Shown here one piece after another: positions 47,979-56,422 of a stretch of 64,000 bases of DNA. The stretch's first letter is position 1. Each line of letters opens with the position of its first letter. The stretch spans positions 2,429-66,428 of the forward strand of contig CAZGUW010000001.1 in assembly GCA_964528705.1 (NCBI GenBank). The letters run 5' to 3'. The notes under the pieces are model-generated. The model had not been told where the DNA came from, did no database searches, and saw nothing but the letters and a program-made list of their open reading frames with translations. The DNA comes from an uncultured Geminicoccaceae bacterium (GTDB lineage: Bacteria; Pseudomonadota; Alphaproteobacteria; Geminicoccales; Geminicoccaceae). The translations under genes were made by a program, and so were the position numbers.

Positions 47979-48890
47979 GTGAAAAACAGAGTCGTTTGTG
48001 TCGGCAACCTCGTTCATGACGAGGTCTTCCAGGTCGACCAGATTCCCGGCGTCGGCATCAAGGTCGAGGTCCGTGGGTACGAATCCCGGTTCGGTGGCCC
48101 GGCGGCGACCGCGGCGGTCGCCATCTGCCATCTCGGCGGCATCGCGTCCTACTGGGGCCGGGTCGGCGACGATGCGGCCGGCGAAAAGTCGATCCGCATC
48201 ATGCGCGAGGCCGGCGTCGACTGCGACGGCGTCGTGGTCATTCCGGACAGCCGCACGCTCCGCGCCATCGTGCTGGTCGACAAGCTGGGCGAGCGGTGCA
48301 TCGTCACCGACCGGCTGTCCCTGCCACCCGAGCGCGGCACGCTCCCCGACACGAGCCTCGACGACGCGGCCGTCGTGCTCGCCGACACCCGCTGGCCCAA
48401 GGGCGCGCTCCTCGCACTGCAGCGGGCCCGCGCGGCGGGCATCCCGACCGTGCTCGACGTCGACGGCGGCCTGCCCTCGGTCAATGCCGAGCTCGTGGCC
48501 CTCGCCGACCACGTGGTCTTCTCCAGCCAGGGCCTGCACGAATTCGCCGGCGACGGGGATCTCGCCACCCTGCTGCAACGCTGCCTCACCCGGCCCGGCC
48601 AGGTCATGGCCGCCACGCGCGGCCCCGCTGGCAGCATCTGGCTGATCGACGGCGCCATCGTGCCCGTGCCCGCCTTCGCCGTCGCCGCCGTCGACACGAC
48701 CGGCTGCGGCGACGTCTTCCACGGCGCCTACGCGCTCGGCCTCGCCGAGGGCCAGGCGCCGCTCGAGGCCGCCCGCTTCGCTGCCGCCGTCGCCGCCATC
48801 AAGGCCGCCCGCGGCCAGGGCTGGGACGGCATGGGGAACCGCGCCGCCGTCGAGGCCCTCATGGCCGAGCAGCCGGCCGGCCCGTCCTGA
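47979..48890 (+). CDS. PfkB-family sugar or sugar-phosphate kinase
   Basis: ORF 47979..48890 (GTG). N-terminal VVCVGNLVHDEVF, GG dipeptide FGGPAATAA, and the C-terminal ATP motif VDTTGCGDVFHGAYALG. Confidence 0.85.
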   Translation: MKNRVVCVGNLVHDEVFQVDQIPGVGIKVEVRGYESRFGGPAATAAVAICHLGGIASYWGRVGDDAAGEKSIRIMREAGVDCDGVVVIPDSRTLRAIVLVDKLGERCIVTDRLSLPPERGTLPDTSLDDAAVVLADTRWPKGALLALQRARAAGIPTVLDVDGGLPSVNAELVALADHVVFSSQGLHEFAGDGDLATLLQRCLTRPGQVMAATRGPAGSIWLIDGAIVPVPAFAVAAVDTTGCGDVFHGAYALGLAEGQAPLEAARFAAAVAAIKAARGQGWDGMGNRAAVEALMAEQPAGPS

Positions 48891-50313
48891 GCATGCGGAT
48901 GCCGGCCCAGGCGAAGAGCATGGTGACGAGCGGGCTCGCGAGGTTGAAGAGGGCGTAGGGCGCGTAGGCGAAGGTCGCGACGCCTAGCGCGGCGGCGAGA
49001 TAGGCGCCGCAGCCGCTCCAGGGGATCAACGCCGAGGTGACGGTCGCGGAATCGGCGGCGGCGCGCGAGAGGACCACAGGTGCCACGCCCTGCGCCTCGA
49101 AGCTCGGCTTCAGCATGCGCTCGGAGAGGCCGATGCCCGTCGTCTGGTCGGCAGTCAGCGCATTGGTGGCAATACCGGTTCCGACCACGGTGGCGACGAG
49201 AGCGCCGGGCGACCGCGCGGCTGCGGCGATCGGCTCGACCAGCCGGTGCAGAAGGCCGATACGCTCGACGACGCCACCAAAGGCCAGCGCCGCGGCGATA
49301 AGCCAGATCGTCTCCAGCATGTAGGCCATGCCGCCCCGGGTAAGGAAGCCGTCGATGCCGGGAGCGCCGGTGGTCGAGACGAAGCCCGTGGCCATTGCCT
49401 GCCAGACCCCCTTGAGCAGCGCCAGCGACGGCCCGAGCGACTCGCCGCCGGCAAAAGCAATCACCCGCCCGGGTTCGAGCACGACGGCGACCAGCCCGCC
49501 GGCGAGCGCGCCGGCCAGCATGTTCGCGAAAGGCGGCAGTCCGATCGCGGCAAGCACCAGCACCAGCGCCAGAGGCAGCAGCAACAGCGGGCGGATGTGC
49601 AGCTCGGCATCGATGAGGGCAGCGATGCGCAAGGGCTCGCGCATGCCCGCCTCGCCGAGCCACCAGAAGCCGGCGAGCGTCAGCAGGAAGGCCGGCAGCG
49701 AGGTCCAGAGCGCTTCCCTGGCATGCACCATCGGGTCCACCCCGACGGACTCGATCGCCAGCTTGGTCTTCGACGAGCGCGGCGAGGCCTTGTCGCCGAA
49801 ATAGGCGCCCGACACCACGGCCCCGGCGGTGATCGCCGGGTCGAGACCGAGCTGCTGGGCGAGGCCGACGAGGCAGATGCCGACGGTCGAGGCGGCCGTC
49901 CAGGCGCTGGTGATGGTGAAGGCTACGACCGCCGTGATCAGCGCCGCCTTGACGTGGAAATACTCGGCGCTGACCACCTGCAGGAGGTAATAGCCGAAGG
50001 CGAGCAGCGTGCCGCTCATCGCCCAGGTGCCGAGCAGAGCACCGACGGCGAAGAGCACGGCGATCGTGCCGAAGCCGCCGGTCACGCCGGCAAGCGCCGC
50101 GTCGCGCAGCGAGCCGAAATCATGCCCGGCACGCCGGCCGATCAGCATGGCCCCGGCGGCGGCCCCCACGATCGCCGTCTGCAGCGGGCCACTCGTGGCG
50201 TCGTTGCCAAAGAGGACAAAGGAAAGCCCGAGCACGAAGGCGCCCGCCAGGATCGGCAGGAGTGCCTCTATGAAGGTCAGGTCACGCGGCGTGCCGGGCG
50301 CGCTCAGGGCCAC
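48859..50313 (-). CDS. NhaC-family Na+/H+ antiporter-like membrane protein
   Basis: ORF 48859..50313, 484 aa, polytopic. YFGDKASPRSSKT and overall similarity to NhaC-type transporters. The 3' end overlaps the pfkB 3' end by 32 nt. Confidence 0.75.
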   Translation of the reverse strand: MALSAPGTPRDLTFIEALLPILAGAFVLGLSFVLFGNDATSGPLQTAIVGAAAGAMLIGRRAGHDFGSLRDAALAGVTGGFGTIAVLFAVGALLGTWAMSGTLLAFGYYLLQVVSAEYFHVKAALITAVVAFTITSAWTAASTVGICLVGLAQQLGLDPAITAGAVVSGAYFGDKASPRSSKTKLAIESVGVDPMVHAREALWTSLPAFLLTLAGFWWLGEAGMREPLRIAALIDAELHIRPLLLLPLALVLVLAAIGLPPFANMLAGALAGGLVAVVLEPGRVIAFAGGESLGPSLALLKGVWQAMATGFVSTTGAPGIDGFLTRGGMAYMLETIWLIAAALAFGGVVERIGLLHRLVEPIAAAARSPGALVATVVGTGIATNALTADQTTGIGLSERMLKPSFEAQGVAPVVLSRAAADSATVTSALIPWSGCGAYLAAALGVATFAYAPYALFNLASPLVTMLFAWAGIRMLRTGRPAARP

Positions 50314-50499
50314 GAGCCAGTCTCTCCAGGGGCGAAGCGGCCCGGTGCCACTGCCCGGACACGACGATCAGCGCGGCGCAAGATGGGTGGCGCCGCAGGT
50401 CATTGCAAGCCGGCTCGGCGCCGGCCCGCCTTGGTTCGGCGACAGGCCCGTGCCATACCAATTCCAGGTCCAAAAACCGCAGCCGGGGGGCGCTGCCGG

Positions 50500-51315
50500 A
50501 TGACCAGCTCGAACGACGACCTGCAGCGCTACGTGCTGCCGACGGGCAGCGCCGGGCGCGAGCGCCTGCGGGTGCTGGCCCGGGCGACCGAGGCCGGCAC
50601 TTGCCGGCTCCTCGACGAGGTCGGTGTGGCACTTGGCATGGCCTGTCTCGATGTGGGCTGCGGCGGCGGCGACGTGGCGCGGCTCCTGGCGGCGCGCGTC
50701 GGGTCCAGCGGTCGCGTCCTCGGCGTCGATCTCGACCCGGCGCTGGTGGCGATCGCCACGGCCGAAGCGGTATCAGCCGGCGTCGCGCAGCTCGCCTATC
50801 GCGCGGGCAGCGTGCTCGAGCTCGACGAGAGTGGCTTCGACGTCGTCTATGCGCGGTTCCTCCTGACCCATCTGGCCGAAAAGAAGAGCGCCCTCGCGGC
50901 GATGCGCGAGGCAACCCGCCCGGGCGGGGCGGTCGTGCTCGAGGACATCGACTTCGCCGGGCACTTCGCCTTTCCGGACCTGCCCGAGCTCGACGCCTAT
51001 TGCCGCCTCTACACGGAGCTTACGCGCTCGACCGGCGGCGACGCGGAAATCGGTCGGGCGGTGCCGGCGCTGCTTCGGCAGGCCGGCCTTCAGGGGATCG
51101 AAGTGCGCATCAGCCAGCCCGTCGCCCTCACCGGCGAGGCGAAGCTCATCACGCTCCGCACCATGCAGGGCATCGCTGGCAGGGTTGTCGATGCGGGGCT
51201 GGCGGCGCCGGCCGAGGTTGACCGCATCACCGCCGGCCTCGAGCGGGCCGCGGCCGACCCGGACGTGCTCATGGCCATGCCGCGGATCGTGCAGGCTTGG
51301 GGCCGGAGGGCCTGA
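50500..51315 (+). CDS. Class I SAM-dependent methyltransferase
   Basis: CLDVGCGGGDVARLLA (motif I), FDVVYARFLLTHL, TRPGGAVVLED. ATG 50500 lies inside the 689-aa ORF 49246..51315. Confidence 0.8.
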   Translation: MTSSNDDLQRYVLPTGSAGRERLRVLARATEAGTCRLLDEVGVALGMACLDVGCGGGDVARLLAARVGSSGRVLGVDLDPALVAIATAEAVSAGVAQLAYRAGSVLELDESGFDVVYARFLLTHLAEKKSALAAMREATRPGGAVVLEDIDFAGHFAFPDLPELDAYCRLYTELTRSTGGDAEIGRAVPALLRQAGLQGIEVRISQPVALTGEAKLITLRTMQGIAGRVVDAGLAAPAEVDRITAGLERAAADPDVLMAMPRIVQAWGRRA

Positions 51316-51359
51316 GCGACCGGCGGAGGGCGGGACGCTCAGGCACAGAGGCTCTCGAG

Positions 51360-51917
51360 CTACTCGCGCTCGAGCTCGGTGATCTTCTGGCCCTCGACCT
51401 GGACGCCGGCCATCAGGCCCGACTGGCCGTAGACGAAGACGACGACCGGCTCCTGCAGCGTCGAAGTGTTGATCTGCCCGGACGTGCCGGAAGAGGCGAC
51501 CGCCACGTTCAGCCCGGCACCGACCTCCCAGCCGGACGTCTGCTCGAAGGTCTCGAGCGCCTCGGTCGTGGTGAAGAAGTAAGCCTGCGACGAGGTCTGG
51601 GCGCCAGCCTGCAGCCCGAACGAGCCGCCGGTCACCTGATAGTAGTCGACGGGCTGGCCGTCCTTGAACATGACACCATCGCCGTACTGCCCGCCCACGA
51701 TGAGCCCCGCCTTGGTAATGCTCGGGAAGACCAGGACGGCGGCCGACCGATCGCCCAGGGCCTGGGCCTCGGGCGTATCCCGGTAAAGCTGCTCGAGCGA
51801 CGTCTTCGCCGCCTGGTCGAGGGTGATGCGATCCTCTTCCGTGGTCGAGCAACCGGCGAGCACGCCGACCATCGCGACGGCGGAGAAGCTGCCGAGCAGG
51901 GTTCTTCTGGTGGACAT
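51360..51917 (-). CDS. SYLF (DUF500/YSC84-like) domain lipoprotein
   Basis: MSTRRTLLGSFSAVAMVGVLAGC contains the lipobox. It is followed by AVLVFPSITKAGLIVGGQYGDGVMF ... GGSFGLQAGAQ ... GWEVGAGLNVAV, the SYLF repeats. An alternative ATG lies at 51929 (codon 51927-51929 on the plus strand). Confidence 0.75.
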   Translation of the reverse strand: MSTRRTLLGSFSAVAMVGVLAGCSTTEEDRITLDQAAKTSLEQLYRDTPEAQALGDRSAAVLVFPSITKAGLIVGGQYGDGVMFKDGQPVDYYQVTGGSFGLQAGAQTSSQAYFFTTTEALETFEQTSGWEVGAGLNVAVASSGTSGQINTSTLQEPVVVFVYGQSGLMAGVQVEGQKITELERE

Positions 51918-51977
51918 GAGCGTTCCCATTCTGTGGTGCGCCCCGCGTATCCCGGACGCGTGCTGTAGAACCGTGAC

Positions 51978-52002
51978 AACGCCCCCACCCGGCAAGGGTT
52001 CC
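51978..52002 (-). promoter_or_regulatory. EcfG-type (general stress response ECF sigma) promoter, GGAAC-N16-CGTT
   Basis: The minus strand reads TGTGGAACCCTTGCCGGGTGGGGGCGTTGTC, an exact match to both conserved blocks with a 16-nt spacer. It lies about 60 nt upstream of the SYLF lipoprotein start codon. Confidence 0.55.
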
Positions 52003-52212
52003 ACATTTCCGGGCAGCATAACTCAGTCGGCGATCTTCGCGAGCAGGCCGGCGCAACCCGAGGGTGGCTGTGCCGGCCAGCGCGGCAGCCCCGCCGATTA
52101 CATGTCGCCGTGGCAGGATCATCTGGTGTACGTCCCGCCCTGGGCCCTTGCCACCATAGCGATACCTGCAACCTCGTCAGGGGTCGGCTCGATGGGGATC
52201 CTGGAGGAAGGA

Positions 52213-53562
52213 ATGAACGAGACGATCGGCCACGGCTCCAACTCGGCGCTCCAGGCACGGCTCGCCGGGGTCGAGGCCGCCTATGTCGCGGCCAACCCGG
52301 AGAGCCGGGCCGCCTACGCCGCCGCCGCGGGCCCGATGCCCGGCGGCAACACCCGGACCGTGCTGCATTTCTCGCCCTTCCCCCTGACCTTCGCCAAGGG
52401 CGAGGGCTGCCGGCTCCAGGACATCGACGGCCACGACTACCGCGACTTCCTCGGCGAGTACTCGGCCGGGCTCTACGGCCATTCGGACCCGGTCGTGCAG
52501 GCGGCGATCAGGAACGCGCTGGAAGAGGGCATCGCGCTCGGCGGCCCCAACCGCTACGAGGCCCGCCTCGCCGCGGCCATCACCGCGCGCTTCCCCTCGA
52601 TCGACCAGGTCCGCTTCACCAACTCCGGCACCGAGGCAAACATTCTGGCCTTCGCCGCGGCCCGACTTTTCACCGGCCGCGACGCGGTCATGGTGATGGC
52701 CGGCGGTTATCACGGCGGCGTGCTCTATTTCGGCCAGCACCCGAACCCCATCAATCTTCCCGGCTCCTGGGTGCAGGGCATCTACAACGACGTCGAGGCG
52801 ACCGGCGCCATCATCGAGAAGGAGGCGAAGCGGCTCGCTGCCATCGTCATCGAGCCGATGATGGGCTCGGGCGGCGGCATCTGCGCCGAGCCCGAATTCC
52901 TCGCCATGCTGCGGGCCAAAGCCGACAGCCACGGCATCGTCCTCATCTTCGACGAGGTGATGACCTCGCGCATGAGCATGGGCGGCATGCAGGAGCGGCT
53001 CGGCGTCACCCCGGACATGACCACGCTCGGCAAGTATCTGGGCGGCGGGCTCAGCTTCGGCGCCTTCGGCGGCCGTGAGGAGCTGATGCGCCGCTTCGAC
53101 CCCAGGCGCGCCGACGCCGTCTCCCATGCCGGCACCTTCAACAACAATGTCTGCTCCATGGCCGGCGGGCTTGCCGGGCTCGAGCAGGTCCTCACCCGAC
53201 CCGTGCTCGACCGGCTCTGGGCCGATGGCGAGGCGCTCCGCGCCCTGCTGAACGAGGTGGCAAAGGCCCAGGACGTGCCGGTCCAGGTGCTGGGCACGGG
53301 CTCGATCATGGGCTTCCACTTCAAGCGCGGCGCCATCCGCCGCCCGCAGGACGTCTGGCCCGCCGACGCGTTGGCAGCCAGGACCCAGAACGAGCTCTAC
53401 GCCCTCCTTCATCTCTCGCTGATCCGGGCCGGCTGCTATATCGCCCGCCGCGGCTACATCACCCTATCGCTGCCGATGGTCGAGGCCGACCGCGCCGCCC
53501 TGGTCGCCGCCTTCGCTGGCTTTCTCGACGAGCATGGCGAGCTGATCCGGGAGCTCGTCTAG
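52213..53562 (+). CDS. Class III aminotransferase (glutamate-1-semialdehyde aminomutase-like family)
   Basis: GGNTRTVLHFSPFPLTFAKGEGCRLQDIDGHDYRDF, NSGTEANILA, IFDEVMTSR, and TLGKYLGGGLSFGAFGG (PLP lysine region). GGAGGAAGGA lies directly upstream of ATG 52213, inside ORF 51823..53562. Confidence 0.85.
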   Translation: MNETIGHGSNSALQARLAGVEAAYVAANPESRAAYAAAAGPMPGGNTRTVLHFSPFPLTFAKGEGCRLQDIDGHDYRDFLGEYSAGLYGHSDPVVQAAIRNALEEGIALGGPNRYEARLAAAITARFPSIDQVRFTNSGTEANILAFAAARLFTGRDAVMVMAGGYHGGVLYFGQHPNPINLPGSWVQGIYNDVEATGAIIEKEAKRLAAIVIEPMMGSGGGICAEPEFLAMLRAKADSHGIVLIFDEVMTSRMSMGGMQERLGVTPDMTTLGKYLGGGLSFGAFGGREELMRRFDPRRADAVSHAGTFNNNVCSMAGGLAGLEQVLTRPVLDRLWADGEALRALLNEVAKAQDVPVQVLGTGSIMGFHFKRGAIRRPQDVWPADALAARTQNELYALLHLSLIRAGCYIARRGYITLSLPMVEADRAALVAAFAGFLDEHGELIRELV

Positions 53563-53696
53563 CCCCGGAAGCGCCGGGCGGATCCGGTTGGTGTACGGAA
53601 CGAAGCCGGCATGATACGCAATCGGTGAAGCCGGCGCCTGGCAGCCCGGTGCGCCCGGAAAGCCCGGCGACAACCAAACAAGGGAGGCCTTCGGCC

Positions 53697-55010
53697 ATGA
53701 ACCGCACAGCGCTCTGCGCGCTCCGCTCCGCTGCCCTCGTCCTGCCGCTCGCCCTCGCCGGCCTCAACGGCCCGGCGCTGGCCCAGGAGGGGGACCTGAC
53801 GCTCTGGTCGCATGTCGTGCATCAGCAGGTGGTCGACGGCACGCGCGGCGGCGCCGAGGTGAACCTCGAAGCAGCGTTCGAGGAGGAGAGCGGCGTCGGG
53901 CTCAACTGGTCGACCATCGCCTTCGACCAGATGCAGGACAAGGTGCTGCGCGAGATCAACCTGCCACGCTCGGAGGCCGACATCGTCTTCATCCTCAACA
54001 CCTGGGCCGCGCCCGGTGTGCTGCGCAAGCTCGTCCCGCTCGACGGCTACATGGAAGCCATGCCGATCGAAAACCTTGAGGACATCTCGCCGGCGATGCT
54101 CGGGGCCTTCCGCGACGCGGAGGGGCTGAAGGGAATCCCGATCCGCCACAACCCGCAGCTCCTGCATTACAACAAGGAGATCTTCGCGGCGCAGGGGATC
54201 GAGGGCGAGCCGCAGACGATGGAGGAGTTCATCGCGACCGCAAAGCAGGCGACCTTCAAGCGCGACGACGGTGCCCAGGTCTACGGCTTCGCCTTCGAGA
54301 CCAACCAGGCCGAGGACCTCGTCGTCATCATCCGCGCCTATGGCGGCGAGGTGATGACCCAGGATCTCGAGATCAAGGTCAACGAGCCCGCGACCATCGC
54401 CGCGATCTCGGCCATGCGCGAGCTCTTCGAGGCCGGCGCTTTGCCCCCCGACCTCGCCATCCTCAAGCCGGCCGACCTGCAGAACCTGATGGGCCAGGGG
54501 CTCATCGCCATGGGGATCTTCGGCGACAACTACTACGACCGGTTCAACGATGCCGAGCAGTCACAGGTGGCGGGCCAGACCTGGTTCGCGCCGGTGCCGA
54601 CCTCGACCGACAACACGGCGGCCGACTACGCCTCGTCATCGGGCTTCTGGGCCATGACCATTCCCGCCAACAGCGATGAGACTTCGCGCGAGAACGCCTA
54701 CAAGTTCATGGCCTTCCTCAGCCAGCCGGACAACCAGCTCACCCTGGCGCTCAACAACAACAGCCCGATCCGTGCGACGACCTACTCCGACCCGGCTTAC
54801 GCCGAATCCGTGCCCTATGCCGGGGTCGTCCAGAAGGTGCTGCCGATCGCGGCGCCGCCCTTCCCGGCCTTCCCGGGCTCGAAGGAGGCCGAGCGGATCT
54901 TCCTCGAGGAATCCGTCGCCGCGATCACCGGCCAGAAGGAGGTCGAGCAGGCCATGGCCGATGCCGAGGCGGGCATGGAGCGCGTGCTGCAGCGCGAAGG
55001 CCTGCGGTAG
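53697..55010 (+). CDS. ABC transporter substrate-binding protein, family 1 (sugar-type)
   Basis: MNRTALCALRSAALVLPLALAGLNGPALAQ is a signal peptide, followed by a family-1 SBP pattern. GGGAGG lies upstream of ATG 53697, inside ORF 53625..55010. Confidence 0.85.
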   Translation: MNRTALCALRSAALVLPLALAGLNGPALAQEGDLTLWSHVVHQQVVDGTRGGAEVNLEAAFEEESGVGLNWSTIAFDQMQDKVLREINLPRSEADIVFILNTWAAPGVLRKLVPLDGYMEAMPIENLEDISPAMLGAFRDAEGLKGIPIRHNPQLLHYNKEIFAAQGIEGEPQTMEEFIATAKQATFKRDDGAQVYGFAFETNQAEDLVVIIRAYGGEVMTQDLEIKVNEPATIAAISAMRELFEAGALPPDLAILKPADLQNLMGQGLIAMGIFGDNYYDRFNDAEQSQVAGQTWFAPVPTSTDNTAADYASSSGFWAMTIPANSDETSRENAYKFMAFLSQPDNQLTLALNNNSPIRATTYSDPAYAESVPYAGVVQKVLPIAAPPFPAFPGSKEAERIFLEESVAAITGQKEVEQAMADAEAGMERVLQREGLR

Positions 55011-55024
55011 CGCCCGACCGGCCC

Positions 55025-56422
55025 ATGGACGCCGCCGCCGCCCGGGACACGCTGCTGGCGGCGTTCGGGTCGGCCAGATGCGAGCTCGAGCCGGCGGTCG
55101 AGCACTATACCGCCTATGGCGGCGTCCCGGGCGGCAGGCCGCTCGCCCTCCTGCGGCCCCGTTCGGTCGAGGATGTCCAGGCGATGGTTCGCCACTGCGC
55201 CGCGGCCGGGATCGGCATTGTGCCGCAGGGCGGGCTCACCGGCCTCGCCGGCGGTGCCGTACCGACCACGGCCCAGGCCGGCAAGGTCGTGGTCATCGCC
55301 ATGGGCGGCCTCGACCGGGTGCGGGAGATCGACCCGGTCGGCCGCACCGCCACCGTCGATGCCGGCTGCACGCTCGATGCGGTCGAGGCCGCCGCGGCGG
55401 CGCACGGCCTGACCTTCCCGCTCCGCCTCGGCTCCAGCGGCTCGGCCGAGATCGGCGGCATCATCGCGACCAACGCCGGCGGCATCCAGGCCTGGCGCCA
55501 TGGCAGTGCCCGGCAGCTCGCCCTCGGCATCGAGGCGGTGCTCGCCGACGGCTCCCTCTGGTCGTCGCTCCGGCCCGTGCGCAAAGCGGCCATGGGCCCG
55601 GACATTGGTGGGCTCTTCATCGGGTCGGAAGGCATTCTCGGCATCGTCACCGGCGCCGTGCTGGCCCTCGCCGAGCCGGCATCCGGCACGCGGACTGCCC
55701 TCCTCGCCCTGAAAGATGTCGGCGCCGCCGCCGCGCTCTTTCGGCTCTGCGCCGCCGGCGGCGAGCTCGAGGCGTTCGAGCTCATGTCCAGAAACGGCCT
55801 CGGCCTGCTCGCCGCGGCCGAGCCCGACCTGCCGCCGGCCATGTTGCTCGACCACCCCTGGACGGTTCTCGCCGAGTGGTCCGCATCCGACGACGGGCTC
55901 GGCGAGCGGGTCGAGGTGCTGCTGGCGAAGGCGCTTGACGAGGGCCTTGCGGCTGACGGGCTCATGGCCCGCCACCAGCGCGACCGTGACCGCTTCTGGC
56001 AGATTCGCGGCCGGCACGGTGCGGCCTGCCGCCGGCGCGGCCGGCCCGTCCAGCACGACGTCGCCGTCCCGCTCGCAGCCCTCGGCAGCTTCCTCGAAGC
56101 CGCCACGGCCCTCGCCCGCCGGCTGGCGCCGGACTGGCTGCCCGTGCCGATCGCCCATGTCGGCGACGGCAACATCCACTTCGACCTCGTCCCTGCAACG
56201 GCCGGTGCCACCGATCTCCCGCCGCCAGGCGAGCTCACCCCTGCCCTGCACGACCTCGCCAGCGGGATGGGCGGCATCTTCAGCGCCGAGCACGGCATCG
56301 GTGCTTCGAAGGTGGCGGAGCTTCGCCGCCTCAACCCGCCCGGCAACCACGCCGCCATGCAAGCCGTGAAGGCGGCTCTCGATCCCAGGGGCCTGATGAA
56401 CCCCCTAAAGGTCCTCGCCTGA
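55025..56422 (+). CDS. FAD-linked oxidase, GlcD / D-2-hydroxyacid dehydrogenase-like
   Basis: ORF 55025..56422. IVPQGGLTGLAGGAVP, and the C-terminal FSAEHGIGASKVAELRR...AVKAALDPRGLMNPLKVL typical of the GlcD/D-LDH family. Confidence 0.85.
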   Translation: MDAAAARDTLLAAFGSARCELEPAVEHYTAYGGVPGGRPLALLRPRSVEDVQAMVRHCAAAGIGIVPQGGLTGLAGGAVPTTAQAGKVVVIAMGGLDRVREIDPVGRTATVDAGCTLDAVEAAAAAHGLTFPLRLGSSGSAEIGGIIATNAGGIQAWRHGSARQLALGIEAVLADGSLWSSLRPVRKAAMGPDIGGLFIGSEGILGIVTGAVLALAEPASGTRTALLALKDVGAAAALFRLCAAGGELEAFELMSRNGLGLLAAAEPDLPPAMLLDHPWTVLAEWSASDDGLGERVEVLLAKALDEGLAADGLMARHQRDRDRFWQIRGRHGAACRRRGRPVQHDVAVPLAALGSFLEAATALARRLAPDWLPVPIAHVGDGNIHFDLVPATAGATDLPPPGELTPALHDLASGMGGIFSAEHGIGASKVAELRRLNPPGNHAAMQAVKAALDPRGLMNPLKVLA

